Positions 9,654 to 18,234 of a DNA stretch of 35,087 nucleotides are shown here, one piece after another. The notes beneath the pieces are model-generated. The model saw nothing but the letters and a program-made list of their open reading frames with translations, made no database searches and was not told the origin of the DNA. A program made the position numbers and the translations under genes. This stretch comes from a virus: positions 1 to 35,087 of IMG/VR virus record IMGVR_UViG_3300037484_000473, one strand, 5' to 3'. Position 1 is the first letter of the stretch. Each line of letters starts with the position of its first letter.

Positions 9654-10922
9654 TTAGGCGCTGGTGCAGCGACCCATCTTGCCTGGGATACCTACCGTGA
9701 CTGGGTATGCCGTGAGACGGAACTCGTAGTCATTCGTCGTGGCCTTCCTCAACATTTGGAGTCCGTCGCCCGATACGACTGCCGGGAATGCCTCGGGGGT
9801 GTGGATCGAGATAGAGTCCTTGCTCAGGCCAAGAACCGCACCTATGGGAACGTAACGGTCTGAGTAGATGCTGATGAGCTTCCCACCGGCTGCTACCTTG
9901 ATCGTCTCGTAACCGAAAGCTGCATCCTTACCCAAAGCGTCACGAACGCCTCTGGTTTCGAGAGCGTCGGCAACGTCCTGCCACTTCTCAGGATTCAAGA
10001 AAATGGCTTCTGGGGCACCAAAACCACGGGAAGCCATCCTCGTCACGAGTCGCTTGATCCGAGACTCGGTAGAGAGTCCAGCTACCTCTGCCGTAGTGAG
10101 ACGAATACCACTGAGGGCAGTGATATTCGCGGTTCTGTTGACGCCATTGAACAGCGTCGCAGACGGATCACTAGCTGGGCACCAATCACCTATGCCGTCG
10201 ATGACCACAGTCGCACCAGATCCACCGAAGTCTCCATACCGGAAGGCGAAGGGAGACGTACCGGTCCAAGAGGCTGGGTCACCAGCAGTCGTAGAATCCG
10301 TTGCCGAAACCGTGAACGTTCCAGCATTCGGGTTGACCGCGAAGACGTATCCAATCGAACCAGATCCAAGCAGTGTGTGACCACTGGACGAGCCATCGTC
10401 ATCCGATGCCTGGATCAACATTCCGGGCTGGAAGTTGACGATGTCCTCGGGATTGGTGAGAGTGCAAACACCAGTCGAAATCGTGAAACCACCCAAGCAA
10501 CGAGACTTGCTACCCGCTAGGTAGGTGCTGAATACCTGGCTCCAGGCGATGTAGAGGTTATCGATTTCGAGCTTCTTGGCCTCGAAATAGGATCCATTGT
10601 CGCTGGCGCTGAGCTTCAGTTCCTTGTCGGCGAGGGTAACTGCGGCGGAATAATCGCCGTAGGTGCAGGACCACTTTTTGGCCTGCGTTGATCCACCGGT
10701 TGCAGCAGCAGCAACCTGAGCATTGGCCAGAGTGCCAGAGAGGCCCTGAGGGGTGCCGTAGATGACTGGTGCGATCAGTGTGTCACCGGAGGCCGCAACC
10801 GATCCGGTCTTCTTGGTCACGTACCCGAGAAGAGGAAAGTCCTTGTAGAGAAGTGTTTGAACTCGATCCTTGTTGCCGTAGTTTTCTTTGAGAAATGCGT
10901 CGAAAGTAACTAGAGAAGACAT
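9654..10922 (-). CDS. Major capsid (coat) protein, P22-coat-like
   Basis: A 422-aa ORF directly after the scaffold-like gene. Its size, central insertion-like segment and C-terminal ...VGIPGK... resemble the P22 gp5 end ...VGLPGQTA (from memory). Confidence 0.7.
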   Translation of the reverse strand: MSSLVTFDAFLKENYGNKDRVQTLLYKDFPLLGYVTKKTGSVAASGDTLIAPVIYGTPQGLSGTLANAQVAAAATGGSTQAKKWSCTYGDYSAAVTLADKELKLSASDNGSYFEAKKLEIDNLYIAWSQVFSTYLAGSKSRCLGGFTISTGVCTLTNPEDIVNFQPGMLIQASDDDGSSSGHTLLGSGSIGYVFAVNPNAGTFTVSATDSTTAGDPASWTGTSPFAFRYGDFGGSGATVVIDGIGDWCPASDPSATLFNGVNRTANITALSGIRLTTAEVAGLSTESRIKRLVTRMASRGFGAPEAIFLNPEKWQDVADALETRGVRDALGKDAAFGYETIKVAAGGKLISIYSDRYVPIGAVLGLSKDSISIHTPEAFPAVVSGDGLQMLRKATTNDYEFRLTAYPVTVGIPGKMGRCTSA

Positions 10923-10946
10923 AAATCACCCGCAATTGGGTGACTG

Positions 10947-12086
10947 TTACTCAGCGTTAAGCCTCGCTTGTGCAGCCTCACGAGCCCAGATCTTCTTGTA
11001 CTTCGCAAGAAGCTCTTCCTCGCTCAGATCACTAGCTGGCTTTTCGGGAGTTGCAGCCGCCCTCACCGGAGAAACACCCTTTGGTGATCTCGGTTTCTCA
11101 GGCGATTTCCCTGCCCGGTTGGTGATCAGAGGCGATGTCCCTGCCTCGACGGTAGACACGGTAGACACGCTACCGGACGGCCCAAACACCTCGGACCAAG
11201 AGAGATGGGCCTCTCTGATGGTCTGCATGACTCTAGATGCAGCCTCGTCCGGAGAAAGCTCGACTCCCTCCGTCCTATAGGCGTGCATCTGAGCGTTGAA
11301 AACGGTTCGCTTGAAGTCCGGCCTCTTGCTGGCCTTTGCGATGATCCGATCATCGGACTCTTCGAGTGCTGCTTGGAGTGTATCTATGTAGCGTGCCTCT
11401 TGCTGTGCCTGCTCACGTTGGGCGGCTGCCTTCTGAGCGGCCTCTTGTGCCTGCTTCTCGGCCTGCTCCTTGGCTTCGAGCTTGTGCTTGAGCTTGAAAA
11501 GCTCTGGGTCCGAAGCAAGCTTCTGCTTCATGGCTCGATCAGAAATGTTCTCCAGCGACTCACCGAAGGCAGCCTCGATTGCACCGACTACGTCGCCGTC
11601 ATCCCAGGCTCTCTTGGCCTTGGAGAGGCCGTCGTAATCCTTGAGGACGGCTTGGATCTTCTGCTGGACGGCAGATTCTCTGGCCGTGACTTGCTTGTCT
11701 CTAGCTTCGAGCTTGTCCTTCTCGGCCTTCTGCATTCGCCTGAACTTGGCAAACCTATCGCTCGGCACCTTCGTACCATCGACTTCGATCCCTAAGGCTT
11801 CGAGAACTTCCTTGTATTGACCGTTCTTGGCTAGTTTCTGGAGATTCCTAACGTCGGGTAAAGGTGCCTCTTCCTTGCTCTTCTTGGCTTCTACGTGCTC
11901 TTCGTCGGTAGACTTTTCGGAATTCTCGGAGGCAGTTTCGACCGTGTCATCATCGTCAACCGTGGCACCCATACGTTGTAGGAATGACGCAACCGAGTTC
12001 TCCGGAGGGGAGAACCCGGGAGTCTCGGCTAGGCCCTTGAAGGGGGCTTCTACCGCTGGGGCTGGGGAGGCTACGACGTCGGGCAT
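10947..12086 (-). CDS. Scaffolding protein candidate
   Basis: 379 aa, highly charged K/E/A/Q coiled-coil composition. It lies between portal and coat and has a TAATG overlap with the portal stop. Confidence 0.6.
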   Translation of the reverse strand: MPDVVASPAPAVEAPFKGLAETPGFSPPENSVASFLQRMGATVDDDDTVETASENSEKSTDEEHVEAKKSKEEAPLPDVRNLQKLAKNGQYKEVLEALGIEVDGTKVPSDRFAKFRRMQKAEKDKLEARDKQVTARESAVQQKIQAVLKDYDGLSKAKRAWDDGDVVGAIEAAFGESLENISDRAMKQKLASDPELFKLKHKLEAKEQAEKQAQEAAQKAAAQREQAQQEARYIDTLQAALEESDDRIIAKASKRPDFKRTVFNAQMHAYRTEGVELSPDEAASRVMQTIREAHLSWSEVFGPSGSVSTVSTVEAGTSPLITNRAGKSPEKPRSPKGVSPVRAAATPEKPASDLSEEELLAKYKKIWAREAAQARLNAE

Positions 12087-13993
12087 TAAGCTGCTACTCC
12101 TGGGGGTGCCATTGAAGGGGCTCCCATTGGGGCTGGAGGTGCCTGGGGAGGTGCTTGGAGCTGGGCTAGCCGCGCTTGCTTCTTTTGGATCTCAGAGTCG
12201 GCAAGCTCGATCCACCTCAAAAACAAGTCCTTGATCTCATCTGGGGCCGAGTCCAACTCTGCCTGCAAGTAGGCGTCAGCAACTTGGGTCAAGGCATCTT
12301 CAAGCTTCATCCACCTGATAGGTGCCTTGAACAAGTCCTGACCGTCTTGGGTCTTACCCGTGGCTAGTTCGTCTGGTGAGGCATCGAGCCATTGCTCGAT
12401 GTAGCTCTCGATGACGTTCCGTTGCCGGCTAACTCGGTCCAACTCACCAGGTAGATCGTAGTAAGTTTGAATTGCAATGAGGGCGTCTTGGCTTAGCTGA
12501 CCCGCTCCGAACATCTCAGTGGCTGTCTGCAACCTGTCGGCTGGTGTTCCTTTGATTGACGGGGCACTGGCGATCTGGATGACGAACATGTCGTCAGCCA
12601 AGTCAACGTTGGCCCACTTTATCGACTTGAGGAACCCACTTCCGGGCCATTTCACCGCGAAATCAGGGTCATCCTCGGCTAGCTCACGGACACTGGCGAT
12701 GTCATGCCGGGCAATCTCAACGTAGAGGCTTTGGTAGGCTTTCCAGGCTACTGAGAACCGCTCGCTTTGGAGGTCGGCTAGAGTCCTGATGGCACTGTTG
12801 GCGGTCACTCCTGGTTGTTTGACCGCCGTGGCACTCATCTGGTTGATGCCGCTCAGCTCGTACTCGGCCCCCTTGAGCAAGTTAAGGTAAGCTATGTGCT
12901 CGGAGCCGAAGGGAGCAGGCGAAGAGTAGTTGGGGGGTGAGTTGCCGCTGTACTTGATGACACTGGCGTCTTCATTGGTGATCAAGTCACCTGAGACTTC
13001 ACAGGAGTCATTGACGTAACAAATCCCCATCGAGGTGAGCCGAACCGTGCGGCTTATCCTCCCGAGAACATCGTTCATTTCATCGTCAATAGTGGCGATT
13101 TCCTCAATCAACGACGTGCCGTGCCAACCCTGGAACTCCCGATCCCAACGTATGATAGCGAAGGGGAAAGTGTCCCTCTCCCAGGTGTCCTCGATCAATA
13201 TCCCGCCGTCGAACGCAAGCACGTGCTTCCCTGGGCTGTCTGGCCCTAGAGGGAGGCTCCACCACTCATAGACTCGAATCGTATCTACTACTCGTTGGCT
13301 GCCGACGTAGCTCGATATTGTTGAGCCGTAGAGCGTGTCGTCATCACTGTCACCAGTAGGGGCGACATCCAGATCACCTGCTGACTCAGGGAAGATAGCC
13401 TTGAGAGTGTTACGTGGGACGCTGTAGACGTGCCACAGGTTCGTGGGTGCCCCGTACTTGGCGTCTTGGGCATCCACGAGCAGTTCCCACGGGAAAACAC
13501 GCTCATGTATGACACGACCAGCGTCGGTGTCCGACCAGATTTTCACAGCACCCAAGCCACAGACAGCAGCGTCCCTGAAGGCGAAGCATCCTAGTTCCCA
13601 AATGTCCGCGTAGGGTTCTTGTCTGGTTGACCAGAGCCCCGTAACGAAGGCATCGAGCTTGGGTCCCTTCCTTCGGGTGGACCAGTCTGCATTGCTGGCC
13701 ACGAAGGAAACCTTGGGCTGTTGGGCTCCAGCTATCTTGGCTGTTGCAGTGCTGACGAGAGAGCGTGCGAGGTTCCAACGGACTTGGATCTCATCGTCCG
13801 TAGTGAGTCCACCACTGTTCCTATACGCTTCGGGTGACAGTGAGCTGAGCCGCTTGCCTTCGTATCGACTGATGCACGACAGCATCCGGGTTCGGCGGGT
13901 GCTGTCGTCCTTCCAGAGGCCCCGACCAATGGACACAACACTGCTCGCCAGCTCGGCGCCAGTTTGGGTTGTCCAATCGACCACGTTAGGCAC
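12086..13993 (-). CDS. Portal protein candidate
   Basis: A 635-aa ORF immediately downstream of TerL and upstream of scaffold; size and position are typical of a portal. It has a GTG start. Confidence 0.7.
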   Translation of the reverse strand: MPNVVDWTTQTGAELASSVVSIGRGLWKDDSTRRTRMLSCISRYEGKRLSSLSPEAYRNSGGLTTDDEIQVRWNLARSLVSTATAKIAGAQQPKVSFVASNADWSTRRKGPKLDAFVTGLWSTRQEPYADIWELGCFAFRDAAVCGLGAVKIWSDTDAGRVIHERVFPWELLVDAQDAKYGAPTNLWHVYSVPRNTLKAIFPESAGDLDVAPTGDSDDDTLYGSTISSYVGSQRVVDTIRVYEWWSLPLGPDSPGKHVLAFDGGILIEDTWERDTFPFAIIRWDREFQGWHGTSLIEEIATIDDEMNDVLGRISRTVRLTSMGICYVNDSCEVSGDLITNEDASVIKYSGNSPPNYSSPAPFGSEHIAYLNLLKGAEYELSGINQMSATAVKQPGVTANSAIRTLADLQSERFSVAWKAYQSLYVEIARHDIASVRELAEDDPDFAVKWPGSGFLKSIKWANVDLADDMFVIQIASAPSIKGTPADRLQTATEMFGAGQLSQDALIAIQTYYDLPGELDRVSRQRNVIESYIEQWLDASPDELATGKTQDGQDLFKAPIRWMKLEDALTQVADAYLQAELDSAPDEIKDLFLRWIELADSEIQKKQARLAQLQAPPQAPPAPMGAPSMAPPGVAA

Positions 13994-14052
13994 GTGTTAC
14001 GAATGGCTCCATTCGTGGCACGACGCAAGGAATATTTATCGGTCGGCCTACA

Positions 14053-15486
14053 CTAGGCGACACGAGGCAACTTACGGGACTTGCTTAATTTTCTAGCTCT
14101 GGCGAATGCTTCGGCCTTGAGGCGGGTTGCCTCTTGGTTTTGCCATTCGGGGGAGCCTACAGCTGGGAGCTCGTGCTCGGCCTTGTAGTTCGGTCGCATG
14201 GCCAAGATGCAATATCGGGCTGCATCGGCCTCGTGGTCGGGGTATCCCGTCTGGTGGTGAGTGCGATCATCATCCCAGGGGAGCTGCGACCATTCATACG
14301 TGAGGCTTCGGCAAGCAGGCTGATGAACCTTGATAGATCCGCTCCGTAACAACCCGTTGAAGAACGCCACCTGCCCCTGCACACTCAATTGTGGGCCAGT
14401 CTTGGCCGATTCAACATAAAGGTTGAATCTATCGGCCCATTCCTTTGTGAAGGCTCGGCCTTGCCCACCCGTATCAGCGACAACACGACAACCGGGATAG
14501 CGGTGCCTCCACTCCATCAGCCTTCCGTAGGAGCTGGAAGGGCCTAGGTCGGTCCAGGATTGGCTCTCTACGATGTGAAGGTCGGGATGACCCAAGAGGT
14601 ACGCCCCTACTACGAACGCCGTGGCATCATCAACACCTAGGTCGATGCCAATGATGTAACGCCACTCCCCGAGAGTGAGGTCAATCTCGCCATTGACCTG
14701 GTTTATTGTCGGATCGTAGGCGTAGACAAGTGCATCCGTGTCCTTGACCCATTGCCCCAAGTACTCCCGGAGGTATCTCGGGGAGGTGTCGTTCATCCCA
14801 AGCTCGACTTGGCGCCGTCGGAGCCATGCCGCTGCATTCGGCAAGAACGGATTATCTAGGCACGTCCAGTGGTAGGTGACCCACTTTTGAAGTTCATTGC
14901 TGCCGGTGGTTACATCATGGAAGTAGCCCGCAGGCGTGGCTCCTGGTGTGCCCGTAAGGGCCAACCAGCCGTCGAGGTCCATCAATGCTGGCTCTAGGAC
15001 GTCCTCGCAGAGGTATTGTAGGTGGGACCGCATGCTGTCGGCCTCATCGACAGCGGCGCCGCAGTACCTGAATCCCCTGAACTTCTCGGCCTCGCTCTTA
15101 TTCTTACAACCGGCTACCCAAAGCCTGTGGCCATTTGGGAACTCCCAATAGATTTGACCATTGCGCGAGGTTTGCCGAGGCTGCCACCCTATTGCCCTTC
15201 CAAGGACTCTGAAGGCTTGCCCGATGATCTCGTTGGCTGTGGCCGCAGAGATAGCAATGAAGACGCTTGTCTCCCCGGGATTTCTGATCGCAGTGATCAG
15301 GAACCTACCTGCTATCCCGTGAGACTTGCCACTGCGACGGCCGCAATGGGCTGCGATCCTACGGGCTAAATCATAGGCAAAAGCTCGTTGCTTCGGGTGA
15401 AGGGCAGCCAGCACCCGCTTCACAGCCTTGTCGCGAGTCAGTAGCTCTACGAGGATGGCTCGTTCGTGAGCCGTGAGGGGGTTCAC
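14053..15486 (-). CDS. terL: Terminase large subunit
   Basis: Motifs seen are Walker A CGRRSGKS, Walker B AAVDEAD, coupling motif LTGTPG, and nuclease acidic motifs IGIDLGVDDA and VADTGGQG. Confidence 0.9.
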   Translation of the reverse strand: MNPLTAHERAILVELLTRDKAVKRVLAALHPKQRAFAYDLARRIAAHCGRRSGKSHGIAGRFLITAIRNPGETSVFIAISAATANEIIGQAFRVLGRAIGWQPRQTSRNGQIYWEFPNGHRLWVAGCKNKSEAEKFRGFRYCGAAVDEADSMRSHLQYLCEDVLEPALMDLDGWLALTGTPGATPAGYFHDVTTGSNELQKWVTYHWTCLDNPFLPNAAAWLRRRQVELGMNDTSPRYLREYLGQWVKDTDALVYAYDPTINQVNGEIDLTLGEWRYIIGIDLGVDDATAFVVGAYLLGHPDLHIVESQSWTDLGPSSSYGRLMEWRHRYPGCRVVADTGGQGRAFTKEWADRFNLYVESAKTGPQLSVQGQVAFFNGLLRSGSIKVHQPACRSLTYEWSQLPWDDDRTHHQTGYPDHEADAARYCILAMRPNYKAEHELPAVGSPEWQNQEATRLKAEAFARARKLSKSRKLPRVA

Positions 15487-15704
15487 TTAGCCTTAGGTTG
15501 CTTCGCTTCGGGCTGGGGCTCGTCTATCTCTGTGCGTGCCGTGTCCCAGGAGTTGATCAGGGTGATCGACACTTTGCCTCTTGCGGGCTTGCCTTTGGCT
15601 AAAATGACCCCGCTAGGGAGCAACTCAAGAGCATCGTACCCTTGGAGGTCCAGGACCTGAGGGCTGTGAGTTCCAGGACGTGCGGTTACTGATTGGAGTT
15701 TCAT
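15483..15704 (-). CDS. 73-aa hypothetical protein between terS-like and terL
   Basis: The ORF has a GTGA overlap with the terL start. Confidence 0.5.
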   Translation of the reverse strand: MKLQSVTARPGTHSPQVLDLQGYDALELLPSGVILAKGKPARGKVSITLINSWDTARTEIDEPQPEAKQPKAK

Positions 15705-15727
15705 AGTTGGTGGGGGCTTTCTGAGCC

Positions 15728-16342
15728 CTAGTTGGGCTCTCCTGGTGGAGGTGTTGAGGGACTTGCGCCTAGCCCTCTAGTGGCCTCACGGAGCTCGGTG
15801 TCACTGAGGTTGGAGACGGTGATGTCTGTAGCTCTGGGAGGAGCCTTGGCGTTGGACTCGGAGAGCTGGATCTCTAGGCGTCTCCACGTCGAGGCAACGG
15901 TCGAGAGTGTTTCAACGATCGACTGTGAAACGAACCTTGCGTCAGCTAGCTTCTCGGGCCGCAGGCTCTTGATTGAGCGACGAAGGAACGCAACGCCCTC
16001 GGCAATAGCCGGTTCGCATTGCTCGATCCAATTCAGAACCTGGTGATCCGCCTGTTGTTGGATCTCTTCGGTCAGGAGCTCTTTCCGAGAAGGCGGTGGT
16101 GAGGGCTCCGGTGGTGAGGGCAGCTCCGGTGGTGATTCCTCGAGATTCCTCGTGCGAATTCGATAGGCGGTGCGAAAGGAGATCCCATGCTTTTTCGCTA
16201 CCGCTCGGACCGACACACCTGGCACAGCCAAATCCGTAAGGATTGCGAGATCATCTCGAGGATCACACTTCAGCTTACGCTTCCGCTTTGGCACTCTTTG
16301 GCACAGTGTGGCACAGGCTGTGCCGCCATGCAATCCAAACAC
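15728..16342 (-). CDS. HTH DNA-binding protein; small terminase candidate
   Basis: It has an N-proximal HTH (VSVRAVAKKHGISFRTAYRIR) followed by a helical region, and lies just upstream of terL. The start is uncertain (GTG 16342 or an internal GTG). The 5' end is built from TTGGCAC repeats. Confidence 0.45.
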   Translation of the reverse strand: MFGLHGGTACATLCQRVPKRKRKLKCDPRDDLAILTDLAVPGVSVRAVAKKHGISFRTAYRIRTRNLEESPPELPSPPEPSPPPSRKELLTEEIQQQADHQVLNWIEQCEPAIAEGVAFLRRSIKSLRPEKLADARFVSQSIVETLSTVASTWRRLEIQLSESNAKAPPRATDITVSNLSDTELREATRGLGASPSTPPPGEPN

Positions 16343-16361
16343 TTGGCACAGTTTGGCACAC
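16287..16361. promoter_or_regulatory. Five copies of (T)TTGGCAC(A) (minus strand TGTGCCAA) plus a GGCACAG-g-CTGTGCC dyad
   Basis: Copies are at 16287, 16297, 16307, 16342 and 16352; the dyad is at 16311..16325. The cluster overlaps the 5' end and leader of the terS-like gene. Confidence 0.6.
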
Positions 16362-16365
16362 TGGA

Positions 16366-16394
16366 ATTATCAAAAACCCGGCTCGAATAACCAA
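16366..16394 (-). promoter_or_regulatory. Possible sigma70-type promoter (TTGGTT-17 nt-GATAAT on the minus strand)
   Basis: The plus strand reads attatc at 16366..16371 and aaccaa at 16389..16394 with a 17-nt spacer. The match to the -35 consensus is weak. Confidence 0.25.
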
Positions 16395-16443
16395 CCTTGA
16401 CCCACTATAACCAAGCTTGACCAAGCATAAGGCAGGATAAGCC

Positions 16444-16956
16444 TTAGTGCCTCAAGACCACCGGTCCCAGCGAAGCTAGGACCCTCGTCGATAGGTCGCC
16501 CACCCCATCCACGAGCAACGAGACGATGGTGTGCCTGATGACTGCGTTGAGGTGGTCAGCGGTGCTTTCTAGTTCGATCATTCTCCGGTCAATCTGAGTC
16601 TGGAGGTTTCTCACCTCACGACTGCCTGGCAGGTACAGCTGGGCCAGGAGCACGTAAGTGTCCGCCATCTCATCCCTCCGCCCGAGGAGAACAATAGGCC
16701 AAGTCTCATCCACGTAAGCCCAGGGCCTGGACCTGGGAGGGTTATCTCGTCTCCATGCTTCAGCGTGTCTTATTCGCTCTTGGAGGCGTGGATCGAACTG
16801 AGATCGCTCTATACGATCTACACCACGAAACATCGGCCCGCCGAAGAAGGCCAATTGATCTTCCGTCGAGGGTGAAGGCTTAGCCTTCCTTGGTGGCGTT
16901 GGTGCCCACCCTCTCAACCGCATCAAGTCATTTAGGGACTCAGCCAATTCTCCCAT
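16444..16956 (-). CDS. 170-aa hypothetical protein
   Basis: ORF in the leftward unit with no recognisable motif. Confidence 0.65.
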   Translation of the reverse strand: MGELAESLNDLMRLRGWAPTPPRKAKPSPSTEDQLAFFGGPMFRGVDRIERSQFDPRLQERIRHAEAWRRDNPPRSRPWAYVDETWPIVLLGRRDEMADTYVLLAQLYLPGSREVRNLQTQIDRRMIELESTADHLNAVIRHTIVSLLVDGVGDLSTRVLASLGPVVLRH

Positions 16957-17044
16957 AAATCACCTAGAAGTAAGCAACGCCCCCACCCCATGGCGTCGAA
17001 GAGATGGATATTCCCGGCGCGGAAGGGTGAGAGCGTTGGGAGGG

Positions 17045-17230
17045 TTAGTCTTTGGCAGCTGGCTCGGGAACTCGAAAGACAATGAGCCAAGGGCAGAGCT
17101 GTGCGATTGTAGCCTTGACATTTTCTATGAGAGTCGGCGTACAGCCCATCTCACTATCAGGCTGCTTCGCCAGGCTCTCAAAGAGATCACGTAGATCGAT
17201 CAGTTCTTTTCGGGTTCGGGAGTAGGTCAC
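17045..17230 (-). CDS. 61-aa hypothetical protein
   Basis: GTGA overlap with the upstream ORF (translational coupling). Confidence 0.5.
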   Translation of the reverse strand: MTYSRTRKELIDLRDLFESLAKQPDSEMGCTPTLIENVKATIAQLCPWLIVFRVPEPAAKD

Positions 17231-17439
17231 GTTGTCTCCTTTGCAGGCTGGATCGCCTGCAGTGCTGCTGAGATGCTGATGTTGCCTTCGATGGCATCGG
17301 CGACGAGGGTGGCCTCGTATTGCCCTGTGAGGTGCCTGTATCGGTGGGCGGCCCTCTCGGTGGCTTCAAGCTCTCGGTCGCTCTGAGATGGCGATTTGGG
17401 GCCGGAAAGGGTGGTTATAAGCCGTGCGATGATGCTCAT
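17227..17439 (-). CDS. 70-aa hypothetical protein
   Basis: ATGA overlap with the upstream ORF. Confidence 0.5.
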   Translation of the reverse strand: MSIIARLITTLSGPKSPSQSDRELEATERAAHRYRHLTGQYEATLVADAIEGNISISAALQAIQPAKETT

Positions 17440-17690
17440 GCTGTGATCCTCTGGGCTTCGAGCTTGCGTATCGACACATATCTCTGGGCCTCGACCCTAT
17501 ACATGATCAGACGATCTATCATGCGACCGAGGATTATTACCTCAGGCTCCGTTGGATATTTTTTCTCTAGGAGGGCGGCAAATTCCACAATTTCTCTGAT
17601 ATCCTTGCGAAAGAGGAGACTTTTGTCGCCGTAGATCTGATCGAGCTCCGCTCGAATACCCGGCACAAATGCCATGAGGTCATCACACAT
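17436..17690 (-). CDS. 84-aa hypothetical protein, first ORF of the leftward late unit
   Basis: This is the first ORF after the 765-bp gene-free hub and is coupled to the downstream ORFs. Confidence 0.55.
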   Translation of the reverse strand: MCDDLMAFVPGIRAELDQIYGDKSLLFRKDIREIVEFAALLEKKYPTEPEVIILGRMIDRLIMYRVEAQRYVSIRKLEAQRITA

Positions 17691-17744
17691 GGGGGTCCAT
17701 CTCCATCCGCACCGTAGTTCTCCAACTCGAAGTCTTAGCGAACG

Positions 17745-17772
17745 CCCTGGTGGGAGTGTCAGCCCACCAGGG
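17745..17772. other. Perfect hairpin CCCTGGTGGG-8 nt-CCCACCAGGG
   Basis: 10-bp arms at 17745..17754 and 17763..17772. Confidence 0.85.
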
Positions 17773-17877
17773 CACTCAGCCAGTCAGATACCCAAGACAG
17801 GAGAACACACAATGCGAGTACTAGTGTCCTCTACGCCCTCGAACCGGTCAACAACTTCTTGGTGTTAGTTGAGCTGT

Positions 17878-17897
17878 GGGATTTTCTCAAAAATCCC
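17878..17897. other. Perfect hairpin GGGATTTT-ctca-AAAATCCC
   Basis: 8-bp arms at 17878..17885 and 17890..17897. Confidence 0.8.
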
Positions 17898-17910
17898 GGC
17901 GAGGTAAGCG

Positions 17911-17970
17911 GGGATGAACAACAATGAGGTGGGATGAGTGACAATGAGACGGGATGAGCGGGTTAGAGCC
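17911..17970. repeat. About 2.5 tandem copies of a 20-bp unit GGGATGAnnnACAATGAGnn
   Basis: The units are gggatgaacaacaatgaggt, gggatgagtgacaatgagac and gggatgagcg(ggttagagcc). Confidence 0.8.
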
Positions 17971-17995
17971 AGTTGCGAAGGAAAGCTTCGCAACT
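17971..17995. other. Perfect hairpin AGTTGCGAAG-gaaag-CTTCGCAACT
   Basis: 10-bp arms at 17971..17980 and 17986..17995. Confidence 0.85.
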
Positions 17996-18003
17996 CCCTG
18001 AGG

Positions 18004-18148
18004 TACTTGGGGATGTTTAGGGATACTTGGGTGTACTTGGGGATGAATGGGGATACTCAGGGATAGATAGGTACCTTTGGGGATGTTTGGGTGTACTTGG
18101 GGATGTTTGGGGATAGATAGGTATACTTGGGGATGATTGGGTGTAGAC
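18004..18148 (+). repeat. Array of 14 G-tract units phased at about 10 bp (TTGGGGATG / TTGGGTGTAC / AGGGATA variants)
   Basis: G-runs start at 18009, 18020, 18029, 18039, 18049, 18060, 18070, 18079, 18089, 18099, 18109, 18120, 18129 and 18139. Confidence 0.85.
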
Positions 18149-18149
18149 C

Positions 18150-18205
18150 AACCTGTGCATTTGGCTCACAGGTTGAACCTGTCGGAGTTTCCGACAGGTT
18201 CAACC
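18150..18205. promoter_or_regulatory. Two adjacent dyads built from four AACCTGT half-sites (8-bp and 16-bp arms), overlapping by 4 nt
   Basis: Dyad 1 is AACCTGTG (18150..18157) with CACAGGTT (18167..18174). Dyad 2 is GGTTGAACCTGTCGGA (18171..18186) with TCCGACAGGTTCAACC (18190..18205). Confidence 0.8.
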
Positions 18206-18213
18206 ATTTCCTT

Positions 18214-18234
18214 CACGGCGGAACTACCGCCGTG
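18214..18234. other. Perfect hairpin CACGGCGG-aacta-CCGCCGTG
   Basis: 8-bp arms read directly from the sequence. Confidence 0.8.

Noticed and set aside
16287-16361. The TGGCAC repeats resemble the -24 element of sigma-54 promoters (TGGCAC-N5-TTGC).
   Set aside because: The following element is TGGCA rather than TTGC and its spacing is off by one. The plus-strand orientation points at no plus-strand gene; the next gene (16444..16956) is on the minus strand. Five reiterations fit a protein-binding array better than a single promoter.
18004-18148. The repeat array could be a CRISPR array.
   Set aside because: The units are only about 10 bp, are contiguous without spacers, and are degenerate. 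No cas genes are present.
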